Assembly: GCA_964270895.1 (NCBI GenBank)
Contig: OZ185444.1
Length of the DNA stretch: 64,000 nucleotides
From: Podarcis filfolensis
Taxonomy: Eukaryota
Direction: 5' to 3' (one strand)
In this document: positions 36,700 to 49,450 of the stretch, one piece after another
How positions within the stretch are numbered: the first letter of the stretch is position 1
Layout of the letters: every line of letters begins with the position of its first letter
Position numbers and translations under genes: made by a program
Notes under the pieces: generated by a model
Databases searched by the model: none
Told to the model about the DNA's origin: nothing
Seen by the model: only the letters and a program-made list of their open reading frames with translations

Positions 36700-37125
36700 G
36701 CAGATGCCAGATTATCCAATGCAACTACTCTATTCTGAACCTAAAAATGGAAAGCGTACTGCTGGTGGTCAACATAAGAGGTTTAAAGACTCTCTCAAGG
36801 CACAGCTAAAAAAATGTAGTATAAACACCAACAACTGGGAAACACTGGCCTGCGAGTGCTCCAATTGGAGAACAGCCTTTACCAAAGGTGTCATGGACTT
36901 TGAAGACGCTCGAACTCAGGACAAAAGGGAGAAACGTATTAAGAGGAAGGCACACTTGGCAAACCCTCACCATAATCAATTCCCACCCAGAAACCTATGT
37001 CCCCACTGTGGAAGGACGTGTGGATCCAGAACTGGCCTCCACAGTCACTTACGGACTCACTGTTAAAACCATGTTTATGGAAGACAATCTTACTTGGCTA
37101 CAAGTGTTTGCCAAAGAAGAAGAGG
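36700..37125 (+). mobile_element. RTE-clade LINE 3' end (non-BovB) with a C2H2 zinc-finger C-terminus and 42-bp flanking duplication
   Basis: Encodes MPDYPMQLLYSEPKNGKRTAGGQHKRFKDSLK...WETLA...CPHCGRTCGSRTGLHSHLRTHC*, followed by a (gaa)n tail. Direct repeats at 36658-36699 and 37126-37167. Confidence 0.92.
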
Positions 37126-37932
37126 AATATAAAATACATTTCTTTGACTTATTTGTTTGGTAGTTGTACTAATAGCATTCATTTAGATTAAAAAATTAAA
37201 GAACAATCTGGTTCCTAGTATGTGCTATCTGAACACAACTGGTTATGCTTATTAAAAAGAAAGAGTAAAAAACAACAACCTTGGTCCTGTATTTGTGGTA
37301 GCTGAGAAGACCTCCTAAGAATTTAAAATTGTCCCATAGCCAAGAGCAGTAACTGAAGGGCCCGCAAGCTTTCTAATCACATATGAGGTCCTACAGTTAA
37401 TTTGTCCTTCATAAGAAATGTATCTTTCTATTTCTCATTTCTTTGACCCAAGGGCAATATAAGAAAAGATGCAGATCCATTTTTACAATATGCATACCTT
37501 CCCTGAGCAGCTTAAAAAAGACCAACCTCATGGACAGAAAATAATTATTTCCTTCTGGACCGAAAGGAAGGACAGTAAAAACAATTTTTTGTTATTGCAC
37601 AGAAGGAATCAGCAGAGGCCATGAAGGAACATCTGCTTTAAGAGATGCTTGACATGTAATCAGGACATATTTTGGGGACAGAAAAAGTTGCGCGGCAGCA
37701 AAAGTCAAACAGAGTATTATTATTTTTTAAGAAAATGAAAGGGCATTCATGGGCAATGCGTTGGGCCAGTTTCCAACAAATAGCTATACATAAAAGTGCC
37801 ACAGAACTTTTCATCAGTCGCCCTTAAAACAACAAAGGTTAAATGTCTCTTGTAAGTTCCACTGGGCAGAATTCACCTAAGAAACCTCATCAGTGGAAAC
37901 CTCATGGAAGGGCTTCCAGCTTGTGCAAAGGG

Positions 37933-37935
<3 letters not shown>

Positions 37936-37983
<48 letters not shown>
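37936..37983. repeat. (CT)n microsatellite
   Basis: About 24 units. Confidence 0.98.
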
Positions 37984-37985
<2 letters not shown>

Positions 37986-38619
37986 AGTGCCCCCAAAATT
38001 GGCTCAGTGGGGTATTTGGGAGAATCCCCGGAGCAGCACATTAGCTTAGACCTGTGCCTAGTGCAAAGGTTTGCATAGAAAGGCATGCTGGGATAGAGAA
38101 GTAACGGAAACTCGCTCTTTGAAATCACAAAACCCAGCAGTTATCCCCATCTCAATCTGTTGCTGGCATTCACGTTGTGGAACCTGTCTGGCCCCAATAA
38201 ATACTGTAAAATTGCAGTATCATATTGTCCCATTTCCTAGTCAGACATTTCAAAAATAAGGGGTATTGAAGAAAACACAGCGCCTGGTCTATAAAGTACT
38301 TTAGAGCAGTGAGGTGCCTATTACAGAGCTCTCTGGCACAGTTTGCTCTAAAGTAAATGCAGTCACTTCAGAATGCAAGATGGCTTACAGCCTTGGTATA
38401 CAGACAGCATTTCCCTGGAAGCCAGTTCTTCAGCCAGCCAGTTTTGAGTGTCTGGATCTAGTGCTGGTTCCCATTTAAGATGCTCATTCGGACCCCTAGA
38501 CAATGTTGCCTGAGCCACGTGAAGGACTGCCTTCATCCATATCATCCTCACCTCAAGGAGACCCTCCTTGAAATGTCTTGAAAATTAACTTAGATATTAT
38601 TTACTTAGATATGATTTTT

Positions 38620-38706
38620 GTTGGAAGCCAGCCAGAGTGGCTGGGGCAATCCAGTCAGATGGGCAGAATTATTATTATTGTTATTGTTATTGTTATTGTT
38701 ATTATT
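38620..38706 (+). mobile_element. L2 3' tail with (ttattg)n expansion
   Basis: ggaagccagccagagtggctggggcaatccagtcagatgggc matches the tail of the 25014 L2. A similar remnant lies at 40612-40670. Confidence 0.75.
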
Positions 38707-39918
38707 TTACCACTACTAAATACATACAGTCAATCACCTAGGAACTGATATCTACAGCCTTCAGTCATCATCTGGTGCACAAAACCTCATCTCTCTATTC
38801 TTAAGCATCAAATCTTTTTATTACCAGAAAGTTGCTACTCTTCAAGACATGTCCTCAGGTGATAGAGGATATCGGTTGATCCCCTGCTACATGGGTCTCT
38901 TCTGTTGGATTGCTCCCTCTTCCTTTGTATTATGGTCTACTGCTGTCAGGTAATCATTCTCTGTTAAAGTCTTGAACGATCAGAATAGAAAAGTGATGTC
39001 TCTACCTTTTCGTCTACATACCTTTTTGTCTCTCAGCTTTTCTAAGTTAGCCACTCTTGGTCTCAAGAAAGCCTATTGCCCTGTGAGATTAAATCTGGTA
39101 GAAATAGAATTGCAAGCAACAAATAAAAGTCACTGATTTGTTTCCCCTTCCCCTTTGTCACGGAATACATTGATCCAGAAGATCACGTTACATTTTTCTA
39201 CATGGTCAGTTAAAACAAAAAACAACCCCCCCTCCAATATCCATAAATGTCTCTATTAGTTTTCCTAACACCAACAAGCTGGGCCTCCTACTATAAACAC
39301 TCATTTTGTTTTAAAGGAAAAAAGGGCATTCCTTGTGATAACCCCACGTTAGATGCTCCATTGAGCAGCTGTGCTAAATGAATCTATACTTGATTACATA
39401 CTAAAATATCATCCAACTCACTCAGTTCCACACAGGGGGCTCAAGCTTCCCACCATCATCTGGGAAGCGTAATTGCAACTGGCCATCTTAAAGGTCATGG
39501 ATAGAAGCTTAATTTAAAGCTCATATAATAATGTAATTTGATCCTGGGAAACACCATAAATATTGCCTTGTGAGGATTCCCTTCAGATGAAAAACGTAAC
39601 CAACTTCTTGGGGATTTTTTTTGTTTCAGACAGCCGAGCCTTTGTTTCTGATGGCACAGGGTAGTCCAGCATTGAATAGTGCCACCCAGGGTGCTACACT
39701 GCACAGCATACATGCCGTGGGGTGCCCACAAAGAACTTTTATGTGTGGGTTTCATCATCCCTTTTAGCTAAGGCATCCAATCTACAAAAGAAAGGTGTGT
39801 GAAGTGTATGTGGAGTGCAAGTGACAGGAAGTCTTCAAATGGGGAAGCTGGAGCTCGCATACACCTTGAAGAACCTCTGGATTGGTATGTAAATATATTA
39901 CCACCTGTGCCTAATAAC

Positions 39919-40344
39919 CCAGTAGTGATGTATGGAAGTGAGAGCTGGATCATAGAGAAGGCTGATCGCTGAAGAATTGATGCTTTTGAATTATGGTGCT
40001 GGAGGAGACTCTTGAGAGTCCCATGGACTGCAAGAAGATCAAATCTATCCATTCTTAAGGAAATCAGCCCTGAGTGCTCACTGGAAGGGCAGATCGTGAA
40101 GCTGAGGCTCCAATACTTTGGCCACCTCATGAGAAGAGAAGACTCCCTGGAAAAGACCCTGATGTTGGGAAAGATGGAGGGCTCAAGGAGAAGGGGACAA
40201 CAGAGGACGGGATGGTTGGACAGTGTTCTCAAAGCTACCAGCATGAGTTTGACCAAACTGCGGGAGGCAGTGGAAGACAGGAGTGCTCTGGTCCATGGGG
40301 TCACGAAGAGTCGGACACGCCTAAACAACTAAACAACAACAACA
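39919..40344 (+). mobile_element. BovB LINE 3' fragment, 11-bp TSD
   Basis: Perfect TSD tgcctaataac at 39908-39918 and 40345-40355. Has a (caa)n tail and a 9-nt deletion between gtgc repeats near 40283. Confidence 0.96.
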
Positions 40345-40453
40345 TGCCTAATAACTGAGGGGAGGATATAGGAAACCTGACATTTATGAGGAAAATGTAT
40401 TGAGCAAAAGAATAAGCATGTAGTAGAAAGAGCAACTCCAAAATGCTCGTAAG

Positions 40454-40580
40454 CAGTGCTCTTTTTCTAGAAAAAGATATATAGGAACTCACCATGAATG
40501 CCTTGGTTGTTCTCTTAAAATGACAATGGCGCCCACCTGAGAGGGACCGGAACTGATTTCCAGCTGAAAAAAAAGCTTTG
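40454..40580. mobile_element. hAT-type MITE
   Basis: Termini cagtgctctttttctag...aaaaaagctttg. Degenerate 8-bp TSD ctcgtaag/ctcctaaa. Confidence 0.75.
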
Positions 40581-41224
40581 CTCCTAAATCAGAATGTAAA
40601 AAAAGAAAGCCGTCCAGAGTGGCTGGGGCAGCCCAGTCAGATGGGCAGAGTAGAAATAATTTATTATTGTGATTGCTGCTGCTGAATCAGACCAAAGGTC
40701 CATCTTGTTCAGCACCTTGTTCTTCACAGTAGTCAACTAGATGGCCCTGGTAAGGATTTGCCCAACTGCAGTGCCTGGTGGGTTGCATAATTTTGATGGG
40801 TAAACGATTGATGCCACTAACAGACCAGAGTAATCGTACATCATATAATAGCATATCTTATAAACAATGTTGCATTTACAAAAGACCTGATGCAACTTTG
40901 AAGACTCTTTTCAATATGCACGTATATTTTTCAGTGACCTGGATCAAGGCGATTCAGATGACTCCTTTGGGGACATGCATATTTCTGCTACCTTATTCTT
41001 CCACAAAACTTGATTCATTTTGCCACTGCAAAATTCCAATTGAATCTATCTGTATCAGCATACGGATGTAGTCTTGAGATGTTGTGAACACTAAATAACC
41101 ATTTCAATACATGTACAGTCGATAAAGACCAGCAAAGAAAGCGCTCTGATTGAAAACAAGCCCCCAGAATGATGGCTTGGACTGATCCTCTAACAGCTGC
41201 GGGTAAGTGTAAATATCTAAGTGT

Positions 41225-41352
41225 AACAAAATAAAAATAAAATCCTTCCAGTAGCACCTTAGAGACCAGCTAAGTCTCTTGGTATGAGCTTTCGTGTGCA
41301 TGCACACTTTGGTATTGGTATGAGCTTTCGTGTGCATGCACACTTTTTCAGA
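41225..41352 (-). mobile_element. Penelope-like fragment with a tandemly duplicated hammerhead half-core
   Basis: ccagtagcaccttagagacc...ttggtatgagctttcgtgtgcatgcacacttt occurs twice with a 36-bp period. It is the reverse complement of the 21848 fragment. Confidence 0.75.
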
Positions 41353-43214
41353 CCATCTGAAGGTAATCTGACTGTAGTCCTTGGAATCTTGTCTGTTTCA
41401 ATAACCCCATATATTTGAGCAGGTTAACCTGTTAAGAGACAGACCTGTTAGGGAAACAGCTGTCTTACACCACCACCAAACCTGTCCCCTTCTAGTACTT
41501 CCTGTGAGGATTAGCAAGAATGCTTTCACAGACATGTGAGGGCAAGGGGGAGGGGGATAGAGAGAGAAAAACTTCTGGAAGAAGAATGTAACCAAATCCT
41601 GGTTCATCATCCTGCTAAAGTAGATTAGCATTTGTCATGCAGACAAAGAGTGGAGTCATTTCGGTGAGTTCTGCTCCAAAACTGAAGCAAATAATTTCAT
41701 AAACATTACGGAATGGTACTTCTTAATGAACAGAACCATTATCTGACGGCCCTTCAGAATGCAGTAATATATAGGAAAGAGTGTTCCTTGATCTCCTGCT
41801 GGCTGATTTTTAAAAAAATATGGTTTCCTTCTATTGAATATGGTGAACATAGTGTAAACATGTGCAAATAATAACAGAGACCTCCAGAAGATCAAAAGAT
41901 GTCTTTCAAAGAAGGCATGTGTGCACATTCAAATCCCCTACCTCAAATTACAGGTTTTTCAACAGACATTTCCTTAGAAGTCAGAAGTAAGGAATTTATA
42001 TTAATTCCCATGAACTGAAAAAAGGCAACTTGGATTTTTAAAAAGAAGCAGTTACTTATTTGACATTTGAAAATAAAACTATTGTTAGTTCACTTGTTTT
42101 GAAAAACTGCAGCTTATGAAAGTAAATGCAAGGCACTGATCAACATTCAAAATATATTTTATCAATAGAAAGGTATCACATTGTACGTCTTTAGGTATTC
42201 CATGCTAAGAGTTCTGGTCAAGTGAAGAAAAGGTCGTTTTGTTCTCAATGATTGCTCCTTTTTTATATCAAAACATTCTGGGGTAAAATTATCACAATCT
42301 GCAAGAACAGATGTTGAGAACAATAAACCCAGGATATAATTTGCATAGAATGGTATGTGTTGTAGCCTATTGAAAGAGATTTTAATCACAAATGCATTTT
42401 GGGGAAATGTAGAATAGAATTTTAAAATGTTATAAAGAATAATCCCTTTCACAAGTGCTTATTTGGGGGAAAACAGTAGCCCTGTGATCCATTACTTCTT
42501 TGATTTTGGAAAATGTAAACAGTTCTCATGGGGCTTTCAAACTGGCGTGTAATTCCCCATGTCTTAATTTTGCTTTTCATGTTGTATTTAATATAAATTG
42601 TGCTTTGGGCTCTGTTCCTCACATCCCCATCCCTTCCAGAGAAGCTCACACAAGAACAGGGTGCTTAGAGAGCACTGAACTGCCTGCCTCTAAAGTTGAC
42701 ATAATCACATTGTTGTCGGGAGGATAATTGCCAGGGAAACATATCATTTAAAATGGCCTCTGGGTTAAGGCAGTCTAGAGAAAGCTATGCAATGGTTCAC
42801 AGCAGATGTGCGCCTTACAAATGGCATATTGCTAGCTTCAGCCTTCCTACATGAGCCTCATTTCCACATTCCCTAAGAGCATGAGGCTCGTGGCAACTGC
42901 TTCTCAAATTACACATGGATACCATGGGACTCCCTGCCATAAGCCAGATCTGTTACCAAAATAGGAATAAACAACTCATGAGTCATGGAGGACCCCTGTG
43001 CCTCGAATACTTTTGTGGCCCAGAAATGTCTAAGAGGTCTCATTTCTTGTGTTGCAATGGCAACAGAAGCTACATCTGTTGACCTCTTCTTGTGATGCAG
43101 CAAGGAGGCACAGGGGCACAGAAACATTTACCGTGCAGGATTCTGGCTTAAGAGGCATGATGCAGAAACCGAAACTAAAAGAGGTCTGGTACCTGGTTGG
43201 AAGGCTATCTTAGA

Positions 43215-43361
43215 CAGTGGCGTAGCGTGGGTTGTCAGCACCCGGGGCAAGGCAAGTAATTTGCACCCCCTAACCCGTGGATTTGCGCCCCCTAACCCTA
43301 ACCCCCAGATGTTGCGCCCGGTGCGGCCGGCCCCCCCTGCACCCCCCACGCTATGCCACTG
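43215..43361. mobile_element. GC-rich hAT MITE
   Basis: TIRs cagtggcgtagcgtggg/cccacgctatgccactg. Perfect 8-bp TSD atcttaga at 43207-43214 and 43362-43369. Confidence 0.95.
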
Positions 43362-46300
43362 ATCTTAGAACCACATTTATGGTACCATTAACCACAAACC
43401 CCCAAATTTGGGATCCTCTGCAAGCCTGTGCCAAAGTTTAGCAGGTTTTTTTGGGTGGGTTCAATGTTTTGCAGCACCCCACAAACTGAATATCTGACAC
43501 ATCAAACATGGGGTTCATACTTAACACCTCACATTTATGCCATCTTCAATTGTGTTGAAGAATTGAGGCATTACCTTAATGACTCCAACTGATGTGATGA
43601 TGGTTTGAGAAGCAACAGTATCTTGTAACAAAGTACCTCATACATGCACACTGGAAATACAGTGAATGCGCAGCGAGAGGGCTTGGATTTCTGTGACTTT
43701 GATAATTGTATGTTCATCTCACTTACAGTACATATCCAAAGAGAAGAGGAACTCACTTAATGTGCCTTTCAGGACAGCGAGCAGCAAGAATTCAGATTCC
43801 TCTAACTTCTTTAACTTTGCAACGAAGGAGAGCAAAACTGGGCTTGCAGTATTTAAACCCTGTTGAAATTGGATTGGAAGCTGGCATGCAGAAGAGCTTA
43901 ATGGATTACACATTCCTAGCTATTGCCAGTTCTTGGGAGACAGAATGGAGCATGACTAAGCAAGAAACTAACACACTGCATAAATATGGTAGAAAAACAA
44001 AATTGTTATGGTTACATGACAGGTAGGATATTACCAGGCCTTCAAACTAACTGGAACGGGCAATGCAAGTCATTGGCAATTCGGGCTACAATATTTCAAA
44101 GATCTTAACATTATTGGAAAATACTAAGCCAGAAAAATATGTAGTGAATAAATGACACCATGCTTGAATATCACATACACACATGGCTTTAAATCTGGGT
44201 AATAACATGGTTTTATCTAAGCGGATGGTGTTCAAAATAAGGTGGCAATCATTTTTTTTGCACCGTGGAGAAATGGGCATGTCCCATGTGCTTCTACCAC
44301 ATGCCTAACATAACTTGTGAAGCAGGCAGACCACCCAGCGGTCTCTATATGTGTTGCAATCTTCAGGTTTTTCCCCCTCTCCATTTTAACGCAGCTTGAG
44401 GAAGGGTAAGAATAATGGGAAATGAGTCTCAGCATACTGTACATGAATGTTGCTCCTGTTGTTTCACTGGCTGCATTCCAACAGCACTTTATTTCATTTT
44501 CCTGACATTTCCTTACCTGATCATTTTTGTGTTTTATGTGATCTTTCACATGCTACAAAAGCAACTTCTGGAAATTTGGCATAATCAAGTGGCGGTTTAG
44601 GGCTCATTTTGGTGATGATAATAGATTCTGGAAAAAATATATGTCTGCAACTCCATTAACTGGGAACATCGCAGGAGTTTTGCATTGTAATTTTGCCACT
44701 GTTTTCACGGACCATGCCATGTGATGACATTTGGGGCAGTATCCCAGCATACTGTTCCTTTGTTTTCATGGCTTAATCATGGGAAAACTTAAGCATATAT
44801 GTGCATAAAGGGTGGTGACATGTCTGTTGATGTTTGCTGTTGTGTTACACCTTGTGAAATTTAGCCTGACATGGTGGTATTGTGACCCCAAAGCCACAGA
44901 CCCAAAATGCAACAAGTACTGCAGTGTGAACAAGACTGAAGCACTAGCCATGCAACTGGGAAAACTAACACAGCAATCCCTATGTCTGAATGATGAATGT
45001 GTGCTGTCTTTGGCTGTTTAACAGAAAGGCGGTACGCTATTTGACTCCTGGAGGCTATTAGCTCACAGGACATTGCAGCAGGGTGCACAGTTCTTGCAAA
45101 TGTTCCTTACTTGGCTTTTGTGATGTCCCCAACTTGAGTAACAAGACATTTTGTTTACAGACGGCAATGGCCACTGATGCAGTTTGCAAGATAAAACCAG
45201 CAGCAGCTTTGGCATGGGAAGAAGGGCAGGAAATGTGCCAGGAAATGTCAGTGGAGGTAGATAAACAAGCACATAGTTGCTGATTGGATGGACATTAGTA
45301 GTCTGCACCAGGGTAATGAATAAAAAACTGGATGACAGTAGTTTCCTGGCACCTATGGGGCCATCTCAAAATTCTTACCTCCTTGGGCAGAGGATTATCA
45401 CCCAATTCCCTATAGCCCCCAAATACGCTGTGAACCACCCTGATATCCTGTGAACCACCCTGAGACCTGTGGGTATAGTGCAGTATTCAATTATTATTAT
45501 AATTCTTATTATAATGATCATCGTCATCATTAAATAATACTCCCCGCAATATGCCACAGTGGAAAACAGATTTTGCATATAGTTAACATGTCTAAACCTA
45601 GCTAGTCTTAGCATAAAAACAGGCTGGGGGAAAAAAACACACATTTGATTCTTCCAGCAAAAAAACAAAAAACAAAACTCCCAACATCTGAGCTTTTGAA
45701 AGAGATAGCATGATCAGGATGAAAGCTTTACCTACTAGTCTTTAAACTTTCAGGAGCAATTTCAGAATCTTTTCCTCTCCCCACCCCTTTTGGTAAAGCA
45801 TTAACAAATATATGCCTGGTCACATTAGAGGTTTGTTGGCAGAGAAGACTCCTACAAGATTGACATTATATTAATTATGAGGCCTGTGGGCACTGGAAAT
45901 TGAACCATCAATGCTGAAACTGGCAAACTATCTAAGGAAAGCTGCCATCATCTTACTATCTAAGACCTGGAGGCAAGTCGTCACCTGAATTACGTACAAA
46001 GTAAAGTAAAACATTACATTAAGCAAGCAGAATGCACATTTCTCTTGACATTCAAACCATCTGGGATAATTATTCTATGTATTACAGATCTAATTACATA
46101 CGTCTCATTTCAAAACACAACAGCAATGAAAAGGATAGAATTTGCAATGTGGCTTCTGTTATCTGAACGATAATCACAATGTTCTTCTTGGAAAAGAGCT
46201 TTGTGAAATTAAAAAGTTGTCACCGAGCTTAACCAAGATCCAAAGAACTACTGAAATGGTGCCACGGGCCTCTGTGCCTTATGGCAAACCACTTTTGATA

Positions 46301-46508
46301 ATGAACGAATTTCAAAAGCGGTTTGCAAGAATCCTTAAGAGGTCTGCTGTTACAAAAGTAGACGATCTCATGAGGCGCATCTGAATTATCAGTCTAAAAT
46401 AGATCTTTGGATCCTTCTGGCCTTTGAAAGATACAACCTTGCCGATTTTGTGTGTGTCATACTTCAGCATGGATTTGACAACAATGGCAAGTGCAGTACA
46501 TAAATGTA

Positions 46509-46692
46509 ATAAAGAAGAGCCTTCCTGGATCAGACCAAAGAATTCTGTTCTCACAGTGGTCAGCCAGATGCTCAAGGGAAGCCCACAAGCAGGAGAGAAG
46601 CACAAGGGCACTCTCCCACTCATGGTCCTCAACAACTGGCATTGAGAGACACACCACCGCTGATAGTGGACATAAACATAGCCATCATGACA
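46509..46692 (-). mobile_element. CR1-like LINE 3' end, interrupted by a SINE
   Basis: aagaagagccttcctggatcagacc...ctgttctcacagtggtcagccagatg...catagccatcatg, same family as 63658. Confidence 0.7.
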
Positions 46693-46695
46693 GGT

Positions 46696-46940
46696 AGCCA
46701 GTGTGGTGTAGTGGTTAGGAGTGGTAGACTCGTAATCTGGTGAACCGGGTTCGCTTCCCCGCTCCTCCACGTGCAGCTGCTGGGTGACCTTGGGCTAGTC
46801 ACTCTTCTTTGAAGTCCCACAGCTTCACTCACCTCACAGAGTGTTTGTTGTGGGGGAGGAAGGGAAAGGAGAATGTTAGCCGTTTTGAGACTCCTTCAGG
46901 TAGTGATAAGGCGGGATATCAAATCCAAACTCCTTCTTCT
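46696..46940 (+). mobile_element. Squam3-type SINE, full length
   Basis: Closely similar to 33554-33800, with a (ttc) tail. Confidence 0.92.
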
Positions 46941-46952
46941 ATTGGTCTAAAG

Positions 46953-47188
46953 CAGAGCTTTCCAAACTTTTCAAGTTGGGGACACACTTTTCGGACATGC
47001 ATCATTTTGTGACACAGCAATTCAGTTTTGCATCGTTTCACGACACAGCAATTCAGTTATACTAGCAAACCAGAGGTTAAACTAACCCTTTCCAGCCCCG
47101 GGAGGAGAGTGGGGAGCGTTTGTGTGACACACCTACACATGGCGGCCGACACACTAACATGTTGTGACACACAGTTTGGAAAGCTCTG
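46953..47188. mobile_element. hAT MITE
   Basis: Perfect 16-bp TIRs cagagctttccaaact/agtttggaaagctctg. TSD gtctaaag/gtcttaag. Internal duplication of gacacagcaattcagtt. Confidence 0.92.
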
Positions 47189-48681
47189 GTCTTAAGCTTG
47201 GCTGCAATATTTTAATAAGTGAAATACTTTGACAAGTGCCTCCCCACAATGCAAAATGCACTATGAATCAAACCTGGCTTACACACATATGAATTGGCCT
47301 ACAACGTATGGAGAAGCTGGAATCCAAGTTTAGTTTTAAAAACCCAGCTTCAATTATTTCGAGCTTCAATCACTTATTTAACATAAATTAATGTTGAAAC
47401 TTCCAGCTTTCTAGCCATCTATTCTGGCAGCTTGCTAGAGAGAGGAAAAATTGGCCTGGCCACTTTTTTGGGTTTTTTTTAAAGGCCATTGGCTCTCTTA
47501 ATTGCAGCAATTTTTCTCATTCTAAAGCTAATACTAATGGGTATGTTAACTCTGAAATATTCATGTGAAGGGTTTGTAACATCAGCAGAATGGTACAATG
47601 GAACAGAACAGCATATATTACCAGAAAGATGTAAAGTGGTCTTTGTTTATATAGAAAGATGACCTAGGTTTCCCCCCTTCTAAATAATGGTAGGCTACAT
47701 ACCAAGTAACATTTACTTTTTGGGTAGAAAATTATGCAATTCTTAATGGATTTAAATCACATACATCAGTGAGTGCTACAGATGTAATTATAAAGTCAAG
47801 GGCTGGATCTAAATATTTCACGTAAGAGCCTTTAAAAAGTTGAAATGTCACCAACCAGCTATTCTCCAGGGAGAGTGGTGTGTACATGTGCATACATGGA
47901 TATGTGTGTGTGTACTCAGTTTCTTCCCCTGCCCTTTCAAATAACTGATTGGTGGGATTTGGGTTTTTTGTGTTCTGTTTTAGTTTGAGACCCAAGATAA
48001 TACACATATCTACGTTCCCCATCAAGCGGCTTCCCTTTCATCAGCTAGGAGGGTTCAAGGAAAATAAAATTGTCTTGCTTTGAAAACTGCACCATGCAGG
48101 GTTCATGAGTTCTTTTTTTTTTTTAAAAAAAAAAAGCTTGCCTGCATTCAGTTCTTTGTTTGCAGGGGACAAAAACAACTTCAGCTTGTTGTCATCGAGT
48201 TAAGGCAGAACCCCAACTGTAATTCATGAGTGGATTAGATAGGCCTGGTATCTAATCCATTCACTTTATTCCTGGATCACCATGAGTCCCTGAGGAAGAG
48301 TTTCCATACATGCCTTCTTCTTTGCAAGAGATAAACATTTGTGTTTCAAACTCTCTCTCTCTCTCTCTTCATTTTCTTGGCTTCATTCTCTGGCTCTGTC
48401 CTTCCCTCATGTCACCCAAACCCTGTGTTATGTATATACAAAAGTTACACTTCAGAGTCAGGTAATCTCCCCTCTAACCGCCCCTTGATGTTCCTCAGAA
48501 TGACAGGCCACTCCTGCTTCAGACTAGACCTGGTGAGCCTGGCTCATCATATGACCCTGCTACAGGCTTCTTCTACCTTTTTGTGTTCAGGTTTCTTCCC
48601 ACAGAATTAACACAGACTGCTGACCAACATATTCAAATAAACAATCTGCTGGTTGGTTGGTTCATTGGCTATTTTTCTAGT

Positions 48682-49450
48682 CAAGGCTGTCTTTACCCAG
48701 GGCTGCAAGGGGTGCGGCGCACCTGGGCGCCGAATTCGATGGGGCGGCAAATGTATCGGCAGCAGTGAAAAGCAATGGAGCGAAAGTCCCCCCCCATCAC
48801 TCTGTTACTCCGTAGCGTCAAATATTCCCGATGAGTCAGGAAACAAAAGCAGCTATTTCTGCTGCATTGTTACAGGTGAGCAATTTCCCTCCTCAAAAAA
48901 AGGTCAACAACTTCTTTGGCTTTTCCCTTTCCAAGCTCAACAACTTTGGCTCCCTCCTCCCAAAATAAGCTCAACAACTTTGAGTTGGCCCCCCTAAAAA
49001 AATTGGGGGCGGCTAAACTAAATTTGGGATGTGGGTGGCGCTGTGGGTTAAGCCACAGAGCCTAGGACTTGCTGATCAGAAGGTTGGCAGTTCGATTCCC
49101 CGCAACGGGGTGAGCTCCCATTGCTCGGTCCCTGCTCCTGCCAACCTAGCAGTTCAAAAGCACATCAAAGTGCAAGTAGATAAATAGGTACCGCTCTGGC
49201 GGGAAGGTAAATGGCATTTCCATGTGCTACTCTGGTTTCGCCAGAAGCAGCTTAGTCATGCTGGCCACACGACCTGGAAACTGTACGCCGGCTCCCTTGG
49301 CCAATAAAGCGAGATGAGCGCCGCAACCCCAGAGTCGGTCACGACTGGACCTAATGGTCAGGGGTCCCTTTACCTTTACCTTCAAACTAAATTTGGGGGC
49401 GCTGGGCGGATCTTTGCACCCCAGCGGTGCATATGCTAAAGATGGCCCTG
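48682..49450. mobile_element. Non-autonomous hAT element hosting a Sauria SINE
   Basis: Termini caaggctgtcttta/taaagatggccctg. Perfect 8-bp TSD tttctagt at 48674-48681 and 49451-49458. Confidence 0.9.
49026..49383 (+). mobile_element. Sauria SINE, full length, nested in the hAT element
   Basis: TSD aaactaaattt(ggg) at 49015-49025 and 49384-49394. Has an (accttt) tail. Confidence 0.95.
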
